Assembly (NCBI RefSeq): GCF_003334305.1
Contig: NZ_QOWS01000021.1
Strand: one strand, 5' to 3'
Length of the DNA: 64,000 nt
From: Escherichia coli
GTDB lineage: Bacteria; Pseudomonadota; Gammaproteobacteria; Enterobacterales; Enterobacteriaceae
Positions 22,550 through 37,427 of this stretch are shown here, piece by piece. The position numbers and the translations under genes were made by a program. The notes under the pieces are model-generated. The model was not told the DNA's origin and did no database searches. It was given only the letters and a program-made list of their open reading frames with translations. Within the stretch, counting starts at the first letter, position 1. Each line of letters begins with the position of its first letter.

Positions 22550-23248
22550 TTACTGCGAAAGTTTGTTAATGGAAAGGAAGCCGCCAAAGTTGCCGACGTT
22601 ATTGCGGAACTTACAACCGCTCAGGCATTTGCTGCATTTATCCTTCGTGATATCGGACGTTGGCTGGTCATATTCATCCGCGACAGCCGGACCGCTATAA
22701 CCGCACTCGTCACCGCGATAGGTCCAGGTGCAGGTGTTGGCCAGCATGATACGTCCCGGAAAAACAGCGCCATCCGTTTCCGTCGGCGTGGACAGTACAA
22801 AGGAGGCACTCACCGCGCTCAGTTCGCTGCACTGCTCAATGCGCCAGCGGCTGATCACCTCCTGCTCCGGATCGGCATAACTGTTTCCGTTGACGAAGTT
22901 CACCGCATCCAGAAAACGGGCGTAAACCTTACGCCGGACCACCGTTCCGCCGACCAGACTCTGCATATCTTCCGCCATCCCGGTGACCATACCGTACAGG
23001 TTAGAAACCGTCAGCGTGGGGCGCGTACTGGTGCCTTTGCCATTCAGTTCAAAACCGCTCCCCTGAATGGGATACGGCTGATACTGTCGCCCCTGCCAGG
23101 TGACCGGCTCACCTTTTTCGTTCTGCTCATTACAGAAAAAATAACGTTCTCCACCGACCTCTGTCAGGTCGATTTCCCAGAGCACCACGCTGGCCGACTG
23201 CTCCGCACGGGTGCATTCATTCAGTGTTTCCTGCCGGATATCCTGCAT
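22550..23248 (-). CDS. L: Minor tail protein L, 232 aa
   Basis: Matches lambda L as recalled. Confidence 0.9.
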   Translation of the reverse strand: MQDIRQETLNECTRAEQSASVVLWEIDLTEVGGERYFFCNEQNEKGEPVTWQGRQYQPYPIQGSGFELNGKGTSTRPTLTVSNLYGMVTGMAEDMQSLVGGTVVRRKVYARFLDAVNFVNGNSYADPEQEVISRWRIEQCSELSAVSASFVLSTPTETDGAVFPGRIMLANTCTWTYRGDECGYSGPAVADEYDQPTSDITKDKCSKCLSGCKFRNNVGNFGGFLSINKLSQ

Positions 23249-23577
23249 CAGTTCACCACCTGTTCAAACTCTGCGCTGAACTCAACACGCAGCATACTGA
23301 CCCGCGACGACCATTTTGCGCAGGTCACCTTTATCTGCCGCCACTCATAAGGCGGCGTCCACAGAAAGGATTTCCAGCCCCCGTGCTCTTCCAGAAACGA
23401 CTCCAGTACCGTGGCCTCCTCACGGGGGACAGAAAGCGTCACGCTGTACGTTTTCAGGTTGGCATTCAGCCCGGCAGGCGCTCGCTGAGAATAGCCATCA
23501 CCAAAGCGCACCTTTCTTACAGAAGGGACCGAAGCCACATCCATACCGGGTTTCACTTTCCAGCGGAAGGTCTTCAT
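23248..23577 (-). CDS. M: Minor tail protein M, 109 aa
   Basis: Matches lambda M; lambda gene order. Confidence 0.9.
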   Translation of the reverse strand: MKTFRWKVKPGMDVASVPSVRKVRFGDGYSQRAPAGLNANLKTYSVTLSVPREEATVLESFLEEHGGWKSFLWTPPYEWRQIKVTCAKWSSRVSMLRVEFSAEFEQVVN

Positions 23578-26135
23578 CGTCCACCTCCGGAGAACAGGCC
23601 ACCATCACGCATCTGTGTCTGAATTTCATCACGGGCACCCTTGCGGGCCATGTCATACACCGCCTTCAGAGCAGCCGGACCTATCTGCCCGTTCGTGCCG
23701 TCGTTGTTAATCACCACATGGTTATTCTGCTCAAACGTCCCGGACGCCTGCGACCGGCTGTCTGCCATGCTGCCCGGTGTACCGACATAACCGCCGGTGG
23801 CATAGCCGCGCATCAGCCGGTAAAGATTCCCCACGCCAATCCGGCTGGTTGCCTCCTTCGTGAAGACAAACTCACCACGGTGAACAATCCCCGCTGGCTC
23901 ATATTTGCCGCCGGTTCCCGTAAATCCTCCGGTTGCAAAATGGAATTTCGCCGCAGCGGCCTGAATGGCTGTACCGCCTGACGCGGATGCGCCGCCACCA
24001 ACAGCCCCGCCAATGGCGCTGCCGATACTCCCGACAATCCCCACCATTGCCTGCTTAAGCAGAATTTCTGTCATCATGGACAGCACGGAACGGGTGAAGC
24101 TGCGCCAGTTCTGCTCACTGCCGGTCAGCATCGCTGCCATATTCTGTGCAATACCATCAAAGGTCTGCGTGGCTGCACTTTTTACCTGCGACATACTGTC
24201 CGTGGCGCTCTCTTCCCACTCACTCCAGCCGGACTTCAGGCCTGCCATCCAGCTCCCGCGAAGCTGGTCTTCAGCCGCCCAGGTCTTTTTCTGCTCTGAC
24301 ATGACGTTATTCAGCGCCAGCGGATTATCGCCATACTGTTCCTTCAGGCGCTGTTCCGTGGCTTCCCGTTCTGCCTGCCGGTCAGTCAGCCCCCGGCTTT
24401 TCGCATCAATGGCGGCCCGTTTTGCCCGTTGCTGCTGTGCGAATTTATCCGCCTGCTGCGCCAGCGCGTTCAGGCGCTCCTGATACGTAACCTTGTCGCC
24501 AAGTGCAGCCAGCTGGCGTTTGTACTCCAGCGTCTCATCTTTATGCGCCAGCAGGGATTTCTCCTGTGCGGATAGCTGGCGACGTTGTGCCGCCTCCTCC
24601 AGTACCGCGAACTGACTTTCTGCCTTCCACAAATCCCGGCGCTGCTGGCTGATTTTCTCATTTGCTCCGGCATGCTTCTCCAGCGTCCGGAGTTCTGCCT
24701 GAAGCGTCAGCAGGGCAGCATGAGCACTGTCTTCCTGACGATCGCCCGCAGACACCTTCACGCCGGACTGTTTCGGCTTTTTCAGCGTCGCTTCATAATC
24801 CTTTTTCGCCGCCGCCATCAGCGTGTTGTAATCCGCCTGCAGGATTTTCCCGTCTTTCAGTGCCTTGTTCAGTTCTTCCTGACGGGCGGTATATTTCTCC
24901 AGCGGCGTCTGCAGCCGTTCGTAAGCCTTCTGCGCCTCTTCGGTATATTTCAGCCGTGACGCTTCGGTATCGCTCTGCTGCTGCGCATTTTTGTCCTGTT
25001 GAGTCTGCTGCTCAGCCTTCTTTCGGGCGGCTTCAAGCGCAAGACGGGCCTTTTCACGATCATCCCAGTAACGCGCCCGCGCTTCATCGTTAACAAAATA
25101 ATCATCCTTGCGCAGATTCCAGATGTCGTCTGCTTTCTTAAACGCAGCCTCTGCCTTAATCAGCATCTCCTGCGCGGTATCAGGACGACCAATATCCAGC
25201 ACCGCATCCCACATGGATTTGAAGGCCCGCGCAGTCCTGTCTGCCCAGGTCTCCAGCGTGCCCATGTTCTCTTTCAGGCGGCGGGTCTGGTCATCAAACC
25301 CTTTCGTTGCGGCCTCGTTCGCCGCCTGCAATGCCCCGGCTTCATCGCCGGAACGCTGCAACTGAGCAACATACGCAATCTGCTCCGCCGTCACGTTATG
25401 GAACTGGCGTGCCATCGCCGTCAGCCCCGACGTCGGGTCTGTGGTCAGCTTCCCGAAGGCTTCAGCGACCTTGTCCACCTCCACGCCGGATGCAGAGGAG
25501 AAACGCGCCACACTCTGGCTGATGGACGCAATCTGAGCCTCACCGCTTACCCCCGCCTTAACCAGTGCGCTGAGTGACTCGCTGGTCTGGTTAAACGTCA
25601 GCCCTGCCGCCTGCCCGGCTCTGGACAGGACCAGCATACGATCTGCCGTCAGCCCCGACTGATTGCCGGAAAGGACCAGCGTTTTGTTGAAATCGGACAA
25701 GGTTGAGTTGCCCTGATACCAGGCATACGCCAGCGCACCGGTCGCCACCGCCAGCGAGGTGGCCCCCACCATCGGCAGGGTGATCGCACCGGCAAGCCCC
25801 CTGAACATGGGGATCATCCCGCCGAAGGAGTCCTTAACCTGACCACCCTGTTGCAGCAGGATCAGCCACGGACTTTGCCCGCCTGCAAGCTGCGTGGCCA
25901 CGTCGGTGAACTGTGCAGGCAGCATACGCATGGCGGCTTTATACTGCCCGACGGAAATCCCCGCTTTCTGTGCAGCCAGCGCCTGTCGGCTCAGCGACTG
26001 TTCAACGACTGCCGCTGTTTTTTTCGCATCACTTTCCGTACCGGAAAAATGACGCCTGACTCTGGCCATCTGCTCGTCAAATCTGGCCGCATCCAGACTC
26101 AAATCAACGACCAGATCGCCTACCGGTTCAGCCAT
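23574..26135 (-). CDS. H: Tail tape measure protein H, 853 aa
   Basis: Same length and sequence as lambda H as recalled. Confidence 0.95.
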   Translation of the reverse strand: MAEPVGDLVVDLSLDAARFDEQMARVRRHFSGTESDAKKTAAVVEQSLSRQALAAQKAGISVGQYKAAMRMLPAQFTDVATQLAGGQSPWLILLQQGGQVKDSFGGMIPMFRGLAGAITLPMVGATSLAVATGALAYAWYQGNSTLSDFNKTLVLSGNQSGLTADRMLVLSRAGQAAGLTFNQTSESLSALVKAGVSGEAQIASISQSVARFSSASGVEVDKVAEAFGKLTTDPTSGLTAMARQFHNVTAEQIAYVAQLQRSGDEAGALQAANEAATKGFDDQTRRLKENMGTLETWADRTARAFKSMWDAVLDIGRPDTAQEMLIKAEAAFKKADDIWNLRKDDYFVNDEARARYWDDREKARLALEAARKKAEQQTQQDKNAQQQSDTEASRLKYTEEAQKAYERLQTPLEKYTARQEELNKALKDGKILQADYNTLMAAAKKDYEATLKKPKQSGVKVSAGDRQEDSAHAALLTLQAELRTLEKHAGANEKISQQRRDLWKAESQFAVLEEAAQRRQLSAQEKSLLAHKDETLEYKRQLAALGDKVTYQERLNALAQQADKFAQQQRAKRAAIDAKSRGLTDRQAEREATEQRLKEQYGDNPLALNNVMSEQKKTWAAEDQLRGSWMAGLKSGWSEWEESATDSMSQVKSAATQTFDGIAQNMAAMLTGSEQNWRSFTRSVLSMMTEILLKQAMVGIVGSIGSAIGGAVGGGASASGGTAIQAAAAKFHFATGGFTGTGGKYEPAGIVHRGEFVFTKEATSRIGVGNLYRLMRGYATGGYVGTPGSMADSRSQASGTFEQNNHVVINNDGTNGQIGPAALKAVYDMARKGARDEIQTQMRDGGLFSGGGR

Positions 26136-26562
26136 ACCGGACTCCTCCTGCGATCCCTTCTGATACTGTCATCAGCATTACGTCATCCTCCGTCATGTCC
26201 GCCACATCCGGGGAAGTAGGGATAACTTCATTCCCGTCCGGGCCAAAGCGGACACCTCCGGCAAGCCCTGCCGCTTTCTGCATCAGCACATCATCTTCAG
26301 GCTCTTCGTCAGCCTCGCGCCGGTTCAGCAGACTGAAATCCAGCGGATGCATATCCGGATCGCTGAAAAACAGGCTGAGCACGGTGTACGTCAGCCCGGA
26401 AAAGTGCATATCCAGCAGAACATCATGAAAATAATGGGTACTGTAAAAGCGGTGCCAGTCGGCATACTCCGTGGATGACATCCCGGCAAGCATGGCACGC
26501 CAGTCGGGTCGCCCCATCTCACGCGCCAGTTTCAGGGCAAAACTCAGCTCACCGTCGAACAC
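26128..26562 (-). CDS. T: Tail assembly chaperone T segment (expressed as the G-T frameshift fusion)
   Basis: 144-aa ORF overlapping the 3' end of G in the -1 frame. Confidence 0.85.
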   Translation of the reverse strand: MFDGELSFALKLAREMGRPDWRAMLAGMSSTEYADWHRFYSTHYFHDVLLDMHFSGLTYTVLSLFFSDPDMHPLDFSLLNRREADEEPEDDVLMQKAAGLAGGVRFGPDGNEVIPTSPDVADMTEDDVMLMTVSEGIAGGVRYG

Positions 26563-26966
26563 TTTCCCGCAGAAACAGGCTCTGCGGGCCCGGCGACCTC
26601 TGTCTGTTCAGGGGCATTATTCACAACAAACTCATACATACCAGACAGCCGGTACACCACGTTTTCAGCATGAGAAATTGCCTCCGTGGGCCAGGTGGTA
26701 AGCACTTCCTGCTCAATCTGTTTAACGGCTTCATTCATGGACGGCATCTGCGTCTTCTGCGGATGGTTATGCCACAGGGACATCGCCACCAGAAACGCGC
26801 CGGTTCTGATGGCGTCTTCCACAGTAAACTTCCGGTTGCTGTCTGACTCCGCCTGTTCTGCCTGCCGTTTCATCAGGGCGAGATGCTCAATACGCTGCAG
26901 GGCTGACAGTTCAGAAAGCGTGACGGTCACGCCGTTATGTTCAAATGATTCGGTTTTCAGGAACAT
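26544..26966 (-). CDS. G: Tail assembly chaperone G, 140 aa
   Basis: Matches lambda G; lambda gene order V-G-T-H. Confidence 0.9.
   Translation of the reverse strand: MFLKTESFEHNGVTVTLSELSALQRIEHLALMKRQAEQAESDSNRKFTVEDAIRTGAFLVAMSLWHNHPQKTQMPSMNEAVKQIEQEVLTTWPTEAISHAENVVYRLSGMYEFVVNNAPEQTEVAGPAEPVSAGKCSTVS
26563..26569 (-). other. Programmed -1 ribosomal frameshift slippery site GGGAAAG (G to G-T)
   Basis: The heptamer is present on the coding strand exactly in the G/T overlap; coordinates approximate. Confidence 0.7.
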
Positions 26967-26981
26967 CGCTGACTCTCCGGA

Positions 26982-27722
26982 TTAACTGTCGGTGACAGTG
27001 ATTTCTGCAACCGCAGCAAGTTCACCATTACCGGATACAACCGGAATGTTGACCTTACCTGCAGCAACGCCTTTCACGGTGATGGTCATACCACTGACCG
27101 ACACGGTGGCTTTTGTTTTATCCGCTGACACCGCACGGAAGCTCTTGTCAGTTGCGCCCTCCGGCTGGAATGCTGCGGTCAGCGTGGTGCTCTGCCCTTT
27201 CACCACCGAGGAGCTGGCAGGCGTCACAGTCATACCGGTTGCCGCCGTCACCGTACTGCGATCTTCTGCCATTGACGGACGGCCCACATTGGTGACCTTC
27301 ACCGTACGGGTGATCACTTCCTTCGCCGTCACCGCCTTACCGATACTGCTGACCCAGCCACGGAACACATCGACCGTGCCGTTCGGGAAGCGGATTTTAT
27401 AGGCACGGGTATCACCTTCATTAAACCACGCCAGCAGCGCCTGCTGCCCCTGCTCTCCGGGCATCCACGCCAGCGTGAAGCTGGTATCTCCGGCGGATTT
27501 CTGCCCCTGCCCGGTCGCGGTCCAGTCCGCATCTTCATCATCGAGATAACTGTCGTCATAGGACTCAGCGGTCAGTTCGCCGGGCGTCAGGTCTTTAACT
27601 TTAGCCAGACGCGACCAGTCAACGTCTGAAAGCGGGTTCGCATAAGGGTCGCCGCTCCCGTTATAAACCCACAGGGTGGTTCCGGCACCTTTCACCGGTA
27701 TTGCTGGATTTGGTACAGGCAT
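26982..27722 (-). CDS. V: Major tail tube protein V, 246 aa
   Basis: ORF 26982-27752; internal Met gives the lambda V N-terminus MPVPNP…. Confidence 0.9.
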   Translation of the reverse strand: MPVPNPAIPVKGAGTTLWVYNGSGDPYANPLSDVDWSRLAKVKDLTPGELTAESYDDSYLDDEDADWTATGQGQKSAGDTSFTLAWMPGEQGQQALLAWFNEGDTRAYKIRFPNGTVDVFRGWVSSIGKAVTAKEVITRTVKVTNVGRPSMAEDRSTVTAATGMTVTPASSSVVKGQSTTLTAAFQPEGATDKSFRAVSADKTKATVSVSGMTITVKGVAAGKVNIPVVSGNGELAAVAEITVTDS

Positions 27723-27729
27723 ATCGTCC

Positions 27730-28125
27730 TCACATTTCATAGGTAATGACATAAGTCAGATCGGCAGAACTCCACAGGCCCGCATCATCGTCGCGCCGGT
27801 AGTCATAGCCACTGGCCACCATACTGGTGATCAAATCTGACAGTGCCGGGATATCGCTCATCACCGGATAAATCCGGGACTCCATCCACGCATCCAGCTC
27901 TGAATCCGGCACCTGAGCAGGCAGGAAAACTTCGATATGCAGTTCCGCCTGCCAGGTATCGCTGTCCAGCTCTTCGCCCGTGTATTCAGCGCCGGTGAGA
28001 TAAACGGCAACTGCCGGAAAATCCGCCTCATCAAAAACAGCGGGGCGACCATCAAAAAACGTCGCCCCGGTGTCATGCTTCTCCAGTGCATCCAGTACGG
28101 CTGCACGGAGTTCAGTATGTTTCAT
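27730..28125 (-). CDS. U: Tail terminator protein U, 131 aa
   Basis: Matches lambda U. Confidence 0.9.
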   Translation of the reverse strand: MKHTELRAAVLDALEKHDTGATFFDGRPAVFDEADFPAVAVYLTGAEYTGEELDSDTWQAELHIEVFLPAQVPDSELDAWMESRIYPVMSDIPALSDLITSMVASGYDYRRDDDAGLWSSADLTYVITYEM

Positions 28126-28700
28126 CGCTTTATTACCATCCTCAGTTGATGCTGCAGCGCATAGCCCAGCTCTTTCGGAAGACGCTCACGCCGTATCCGC
28201 TCAATATTCTGTTTAAACGCCGTGGTCAGCGGCACCGCCATCGGGATTTTCACCACATCAATGGGGTAACGGTTTTTCCCGGCCACACGCTGCATGACAT
28301 GCCAGCGGCCATTTTTCAGTTGCTGAATAAACGCGCCGGGAATACGACGGTTTCCCACCACAAGCACGCTGCCGCCACCTTTCAGGGCTGAACGCTGCCC
28401 CTTTTTACGACGCCTGCGTCGGGACAGGACAATCCGCGCGTTACCCAGCTTTATTACGGGCAAATCCCCCCGGTTAACCTTGATTCTGGCCTGCGGATTT
28501 TTGACCGTGGCCCTTTTCAGCCTGGCCCTTTCCTTTACCAGTTTCCGGCGTACCTTTGTCTCACGGGCAACCTGTGACGCCGACTGCGATATCGCGGATG
28601 AAGCAACGCGGTTAATGGCCATTGCGGCGGCACCAGGCACCGCCGTTTTGCTGATACGGCTGAGGTTTTCAATGGCCTGCTCAAGACCTTTTATGGCCAT
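28122..28700 (-). CDS. Z: Tail completion protein Z, 192 aa
   Basis: Matches lambda Z. Confidence 0.9.
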   Translation of the reverse strand: MAIKGLEQAIENLSRISKTAVPGAAAMAINRVASSAISQSASQVARETKVRRKLVKERARLKRATVKNPQARIKVNRGDLPVIKLGNARIVLSRRRRRKKGQRSALKGGGSVLVVGNRRIPGAFIQQLKNGRWHVMQRVAGKNRYPIDVVKIPMAVPLTTAFKQNIERIRRERLPKELGYALQHQLRMVIKR

Positions 28701-28711
28701 ACATCCCCCTT

Positions 28712-29065
28712 TCAGCGGCGACGGTTAACGGCAGGCGGTACGCCCCGCCCAAGCCAGAGATGACAGCTTCCACCATCATCCGGCGAAACCCGGTCTATCC
28801 AGAAGTTTTCCTCACCGATGGTCAGCGTGTCTCCACGCCGCAGCTGCCGCACATCATCAGTCCGGACAAACAGGGACGGGCTGGAGCCTTCAACGCGCAC
28901 GCCCTGTCCGGCATAGCTGATATTTTCAGGGTCATCAAAAACACCACGTATTACTGCGCCGGACTGCTCACCGGATGTCATGGTGGCTGACGTTCCCATG
29001 TACCCGCGTATCGTTTCATCGGCGCGGACAATGGCAGCATCGAACAGGTTATCGAAATCAGCCAC
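28712..29065 (-). CDS. FII: Head-tail joining protein FII, 117 aa
   Basis: Matches lambda FII. Confidence 0.9.
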   Translation of the reverse strand: MADFDNLFDAAIVRADETIRGYMGTSATMTSGEQSGAVIRGVFDDPENISYAGQGVRVEGSSPSLFVRTDDVRQLRRGDTLTIGEENFWIDRVSPDDGGSCHLWLGRGVPPAVNRRR

Positions 29066-29076
29066 AGCGCCTCCCG

Positions 29077-29472
29077 TTATTGCATTCTGGCCAGGCCGCG
29101 CTCTGTCATTTCGGCTGCCACACCGGCAGAGACACGGAACGCCGTTCCCGGCAGCACAAATGCCACAGCCTCATCCCGCGTGGCGTGAAGTGCATCAGTA
29201 TGCAGCGTCACCAGTGCCACAACCGTGACCAGATCAGCCGTATCAGTCACGGTATCCGGCTGCGCTGATACAACCTCATTTTCATGTCCGGTCAGCGCAT
29301 TTTCCGGGCTGACAGATGTGTCCTGACCAGCAGCGTCATCCGTGTCATCAAGCTCCTCTTCCAGCTCTGCCACACGGAGTGCCAGTTCTTCTTTCGTCCC
29401 CGTCAGGCTGACATCACGGTTCAGTTGCTCACCCAGCACCTGAAGACGGGCAATCAGTTCATCTTTCGTCAT
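29077..29472 (-). CDS. FI: DNA packaging protein FI
   Basis: ORF 29077-29511; internal Met gives the lambda FI N-terminus MTKDELIARL. Confidence 0.85.
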   Translation of the reverse strand: MTKDELIARLQVLGEQLNRDVSLTGTKEELALRVAELEEELDDTDDAAGQDTSVSPENALTGHENEVVSAQPDTVTDTADLVTVVALVTLHTDALHATRDEAVAFVLPGTAFRVSAGVAAEMTERGLARMQ

Positions 29473-29513
29473 GGACTCCTCCACAGAGAGAAAATGGCCC
29501 CGAAGGGCCATGA

Positions 29514-30539
29514 TTACGCCAGTTGTACGGACACGAACGCATCAGGGTCAGCCAGCAGCATCAGCGGTGCTGACTGAATCATGGTGAACTCACGCGCCGG
29601 ATCGCCGGTGGTCACCCAGTTTTTCGGGTAGCGGGCAGAGGCGTTAATACCTTCGCGCTGTGCGTCCGCATCCTGAATGCAGCCATAGGTGCGCAGACCG
29701 CGTGCCTGAGTGTTCCCCAGCACCATCGTGTTGTCCGGCAGGAAGTTCTTTTTGACGTCGTTTTCCACGTACTGTCCGGAATACACGACGATCGCCGTAT
29801 CGCCATACATCCCCTTATAGGACACCGCTTCGCCCAGGTCTTTTACCGCTGTCTCCAGCTCGGAATTAGAGCCGCGACGGGTATCCAGCTTCTCCTTGAC
29901 GGCTTTGAAGGAACGGAACAGCGCCCAGCCTTTCGGATCAAACACGATGATATTCACCACACCGCTGGCGTTCAGCGCGTAGGCTTCGATATCGTCGGTC
30001 GGGTCATACGTGGACTTGTCACGCTTGCTCCACTCCGTACCGCCGGACTGCGTGATGTTGTTCGCCACACTGCGGCCCATATCCACTTCAACCGGATCGA
30101 AGGCTTCACCGGTCATGGTATATTTGCCCTTAAGCACGGCAGAAACGGCCTGCATCTCTTCGACCTGAGCAATGGCCAGCTCTTCGTCTCGCATGTTCTG
30201 CAGGATGATGCGACGGCGGCGGTAAGCCGGGTCCGCCAGATTCTGTGGATCTTCATCCGGCAGGCGACGCAGGGTCATCTGCGGATTCACCTCATGCTTC
30301 GGCTTGACATATCCCGGTGTAAATTCAGAGGTGGAGCCGCCACGGGAGCGGATAACCTCACCGGAAACAATCGGCGAAACGTACAGCGCCATGTTTACCA
30401 GTCCCGGAATTTGTGAGAGATAGACTTTCTCCGTGGTGAAGGGATAGCTCTCACGGAAAAAGAGACGCAGAAACAGCGGATCAAACTTAAATTTCTTCTC
30501 ATTTGCCGCCAGCAGCTGGGCGGTTGTGTACATCGACAT
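29514..30539 (-). CDS. E: Major capsid protein E, 341 aa
   Basis: Internal Met gives the lambda E N-terminus MSMYTTAQLLAANE. Confidence 0.95.
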   Translation of the reverse strand: MSMYTTAQLLAANEKKFKFDPLFLRLFFRESYPFTTEKVYLSQIPGLVNMALYVSPIVSGEVIRSRGGSTSEFTPGYVKPKHEVNPQMTLRRLPDEDPQNLADPAYRRRRIILQNMRDEELAIAQVEEMQAVSAVLKGKYTMTGEAFDPVEVDMGRSVANNITQSGGTEWSKRDKSTYDPTDDIEAYALNASGVVNIIVFDPKGWALFRSFKAVKEKLDTRRGSNSELETAVKDLGEAVSYKGMYGDTAIVVYSGQYVENDVKKNFLPDNTMVLGNTQARGLRTYGCIQDADAQREGINASARYPKNWVTTGDPAREFTMIQSAPLMLLADPDAFVSVQLA

Positions 30540-30594
30540 AAAAAAATCCCGTAAAAAAAGCCGCACAGGCGGCCTTTAGTGATGAAGGGTAAGG

Positions 30595-30927
30595 TTAAAC
30601 GATGCTGATTGCCGTTCCGGCAAACGCGGTCCGTTTTTTCGTCTCGTCGCTGGCAGCCTCCGGCCAGAGCACATCCTCATAACGGAACGTGCCGGACTTG
30701 TAGAACGTCAGCGTGGTGCTGGTCTGGTCAGCAGCAACCGCCAGAATGCCAACGGCAGCACCGTCGGTGGTGCCATCCCACACAACCAGCTTACGGGTGG
30801 AGGTGTCCAGCATCAGCGGGGTCATTGTAGGCGCTTTCGCACTCAATCCGCCGGGCGCGGTTGCCGTATGTGCCGGGTCACTGTTGCCCAGCGGCTGGTA
30901 ATGGGTAAAGGTTTCTTTGCTCGTCAT
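30595..30927 (-). CDS. D: Head decoration protein D, 110 aa
   Basis: Matches lambda D ([12 protein letters not shown]…). Confidence 0.95.
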   Translation of the reverse strand: MTSKETFTHYQPLGNSDPAHTATAPGGLSAKAPTMTPLMLDTSTRKLVVWDGTTDGAAVGILAVAADQTSTTLTFYKSGTFRYEDVLWPEAASDETKKRTAFAGTAISIV

Positions 30928-30936
30928 AAACATCCC

Positions 30937-32236
30937 TTACACTGGTGTGTTCAGCAAATCGTTAACGGCATCAGATGCCGGGTTACCTGCAGCCAGCGGT
31001 GCCGGTGCCCCCTGCATCAGACGATCCAGCGCAGTGTCACTGCGCGCCTGTGCACTCTGTGGTGCAGCTGCCAGAATGCGGCGGGCCGTTTCCACGGTCA
31101 TACCGGGGGTTTCGGCCAGCACGCGTGCCTGTTCTTCGCGTCCGTGAGCCTCCTCACAGTTGAGGATCCCCATAATGCGACTGTTTTCTGCCGCAACCGC
31201 TGCGGTGATCTGCGCGTTCACGTCCGGCTGCGCCGCGCTGGCGTTCTCGCCCTCCGTCGCTTGCACCACGCCAGTAACGTCAGCCTGCGAAGCAGTGGCT
31301 GAAACAGTTGTTGATTGAGTCTCTTTGGTCATTCGCCCTCCTGAGAGACGGGATTTACGTGCATCCAGTGCATCACGCATGACGGTGATCGCATCGGTAC
31401 TGTTAACAAGTTCATCAGCCAGTCCGGCATCAATGGCCTCCTGACCGCTGTACACTGCAGCCTCGGTATCCAGCACAGCCTGCACGGACAGGCCGGTATA
31501 TGCCGACACCTTCTGTGCAAACATCCGGCGGGTTGCATCCATCCGGGACTGCAATGTTTCCCGGACATCATCCGGTAGATGGCTGTAGGGGTTGCCATCC
31601 ACCTTATGGCTACCGCTGTAAATCAGCGTGATTTCCACGCCCTGTTTCTCCAGCGCAGCGCCGTAATTACTGTGAGCCATCATGACGCCGATGGAGCCTG
31701 TCCGGGCGGTCTGCGTGACCAGACGCCGGGAGGAGGCACTGGCAAGCAACTGACCTGCGCTGCAGTTCATGTCATTGGCCAGCGCCCATACCGGCTTTAT
31801 GTCACGCACACGGGCGATGATGTCAGCGCAGTCAAATGCCCCTGCCACCATCCCGCCTGGCGTATCCATATCGAGCAGAATGCCGTCCACCATCGGGTCG
31901 CTGGCAGCCTGTTGCAGACGGGCGATAATGCCGTTGTAACCGGTCATCCCCGAATACGGCTGCAGCGCCCGCGTCCGGCTGACCAGCGTGCCGGACACCG
32001 GCAGCACGGCGATGCCGTTCATGACCTGATAACTGCGGGCCTGTCGTGGTCCGTCATCATCAACGGATAACGCCAGCGCCGCGGGTGCCTCTCCGGCAGT
32101 CAGGCTGTCGCCGGATACCGCATCCGTCAGGCGGCTGATCCCAAGCTGGCCTGCAAGCGCACAAAAGAAAACCCGCGCATAGGCGGGTTCAAGCATCAGC
32201 GGCTCATTAAAGGCCATACTGGCAATATGCGGGAGA

Positions 32237-32256
<20 letters not shown>
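30937..32256 (-). CDS. C: Capsid assembly protease C (Nu3 scaffold nested in frame), probable GTG start
   Basis: ORF 30937-32391; the lambda C N-terminus (TAELRNLPH) begins at a Val codon about 32256, overlapping the end of B. Confidence 0.85.
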
Positions 32257-35937
<3,681 letters not shown>

Positions 35938-35963
<26 letters not shown>

Positions 35964-36483
35964 TCAGCAACCCCGGTATCAGTTCATCCAGCGCGGCTGC
36001 TTTGTTCATGGCTTTGATGATATCCCGTTTCAGGAAATCAACATGTCGGTTTTCCAGTTCCGGAAAACGCCGCTGCACCGACAGGGGGATCCCGTCGAGA
36101 ATACTGGCAATTTCACCTGCGATCCGCGACAGCACGAAAGTACAGAATGCGGTTTCCACCACTTCAGCGGAGTCTCTGGCATTTTTCAGCTCCTGTGCGT
36201 CGGCCTGCGCACGCGTAAGTCGATGGCGTTCGTACTCAATAGTCCCTGGCTGGAGATCTGTCTCGCTGGCCTGCCGCAGTTCTTCAACTTCCCGGCGCAG
36301 CTTTTCGTTCTCAATTTCAGCATCCCTTTCGGCATACCATTTTATGACGGCGGCAGAATCATAAAGCACCTCATTACCCTTGCCACCGCCTCGCAGAACG
36401 GGCATTCCCTGCTCCTGCCAGTTCTGAATGGTACGGATACTCGCACCGAAAATATCAGCCAGCTGCTTTTTGTTGACTTCCAT
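35938..36483 (-). CDS. nu1: Terminase small subunit Nu1, 181 aa
   Basis: Matches lambda Nu1 (MEVNKKQLADIFGASIRTIQNWQEQGMP…). Confidence 0.95.
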
Positions 36484-36660
36484 TGTTCATTCCACGGACA
36501 AAAACAGAGAAAGGAAACGACAGAGGCCAAAAAGCTCGCTTTCAGCACCTGTCGTTTCCTTTCTTTTCAGAGGGTATTTTAAATAAAAACATTAAGTTAT
36601 GACGAAGAAGAACGGAAACGCCTTAAACCGGAAAATTTTCATAAATAGCGAAAACCCGCG

Positions 36661-36672
36661 AGGTCGCCGCCC
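36661..36672. other. cos cohesive-end site (cosN core)
   Basis: aggtcgccgccc is the reverse complement of the lambda left cohesive end GGGCGGCGACCT, upstream of nu1; coordinates approximate. Confidence 0.8.
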
Positions 36673-36871
36673 CGTAACCTGTCGGATCGCCGGAAAGGAC
36701 CCGCAAAATGATAATAATTATCATCTACATGTCACAACGTGCATCTACGCCATCAAACCACGTCAAATAATCAATTATGACGCAGGTATCGTATTAATTG
36801 ATCTGCATCAACTTAACGTAAAAACAACTTCAGACAATACAAATCAGCGACACTGAATACGGGGCAACCTC

Positions 36872-37066
36872 ATGTCAACGAAGAACAGAACCCGCAGAAC
36901 AACAACCCGCAACATCCGCTTTCCTAACCAAATGATTGAACAAATTAACATCGCTCTTGAGCAAAAAGGGTCTGGGAATTTCTCAGCCTGGGTCATTGAA
37001 GCCTGCCGTCGGAGACTAACGTCAGAAAAGAGAGCATATACATCAATCCAAAGTGATGATGGATGA
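36872..37066 (+). CDS. Small hypothetical protein near cos (lambda right-end ORF equivalent), 64 aa
   Basis: ORF in a region colinear with the lambda right end. Confidence 0.4.
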   Translation: MSTKNRTRRTTTRNIRFPNQMIEQINIALEQKGSGNFSAWVIEACRRRLTSEKRAYTSIQSDDG

Positions 37067-37427
37067 ACATCCCGGTTTCTTCCACCATCGCACCGGAAAA
37101 GCGACTATGAGGGTAACCCTGCGTCTGTCAGCACAGTAAAACCCGGTGTGCATCGTTTTTGATTATTCCCGCACACTCACGCAGAAGGAATTCCCCGTCG
37201 GGCTACGGTCATGGTTAATGCGGGAATACGGCGACGATACAGCGCAGCTAAAAGGGTAATGGACAGATAGAGCGGTTTATTTCATTCCACAGGATTCTGA
37301 GTGCCCCCCCCTCCTCCAATAGGCTGAGCATCCACCTATATAGTTTTAATTTTCATCAATCCATTTAACTATCGTTTAATTGTTGTCACATAGGATTCTG
37401 CCGTTTTTAACAATGCAGGATAATAAG

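Noticed and set aside
23965-25577. Multiple plus-strand ORFs of 85-190 aa
   Set aside because: Antisense to the tape measure gene H, with no independent support.
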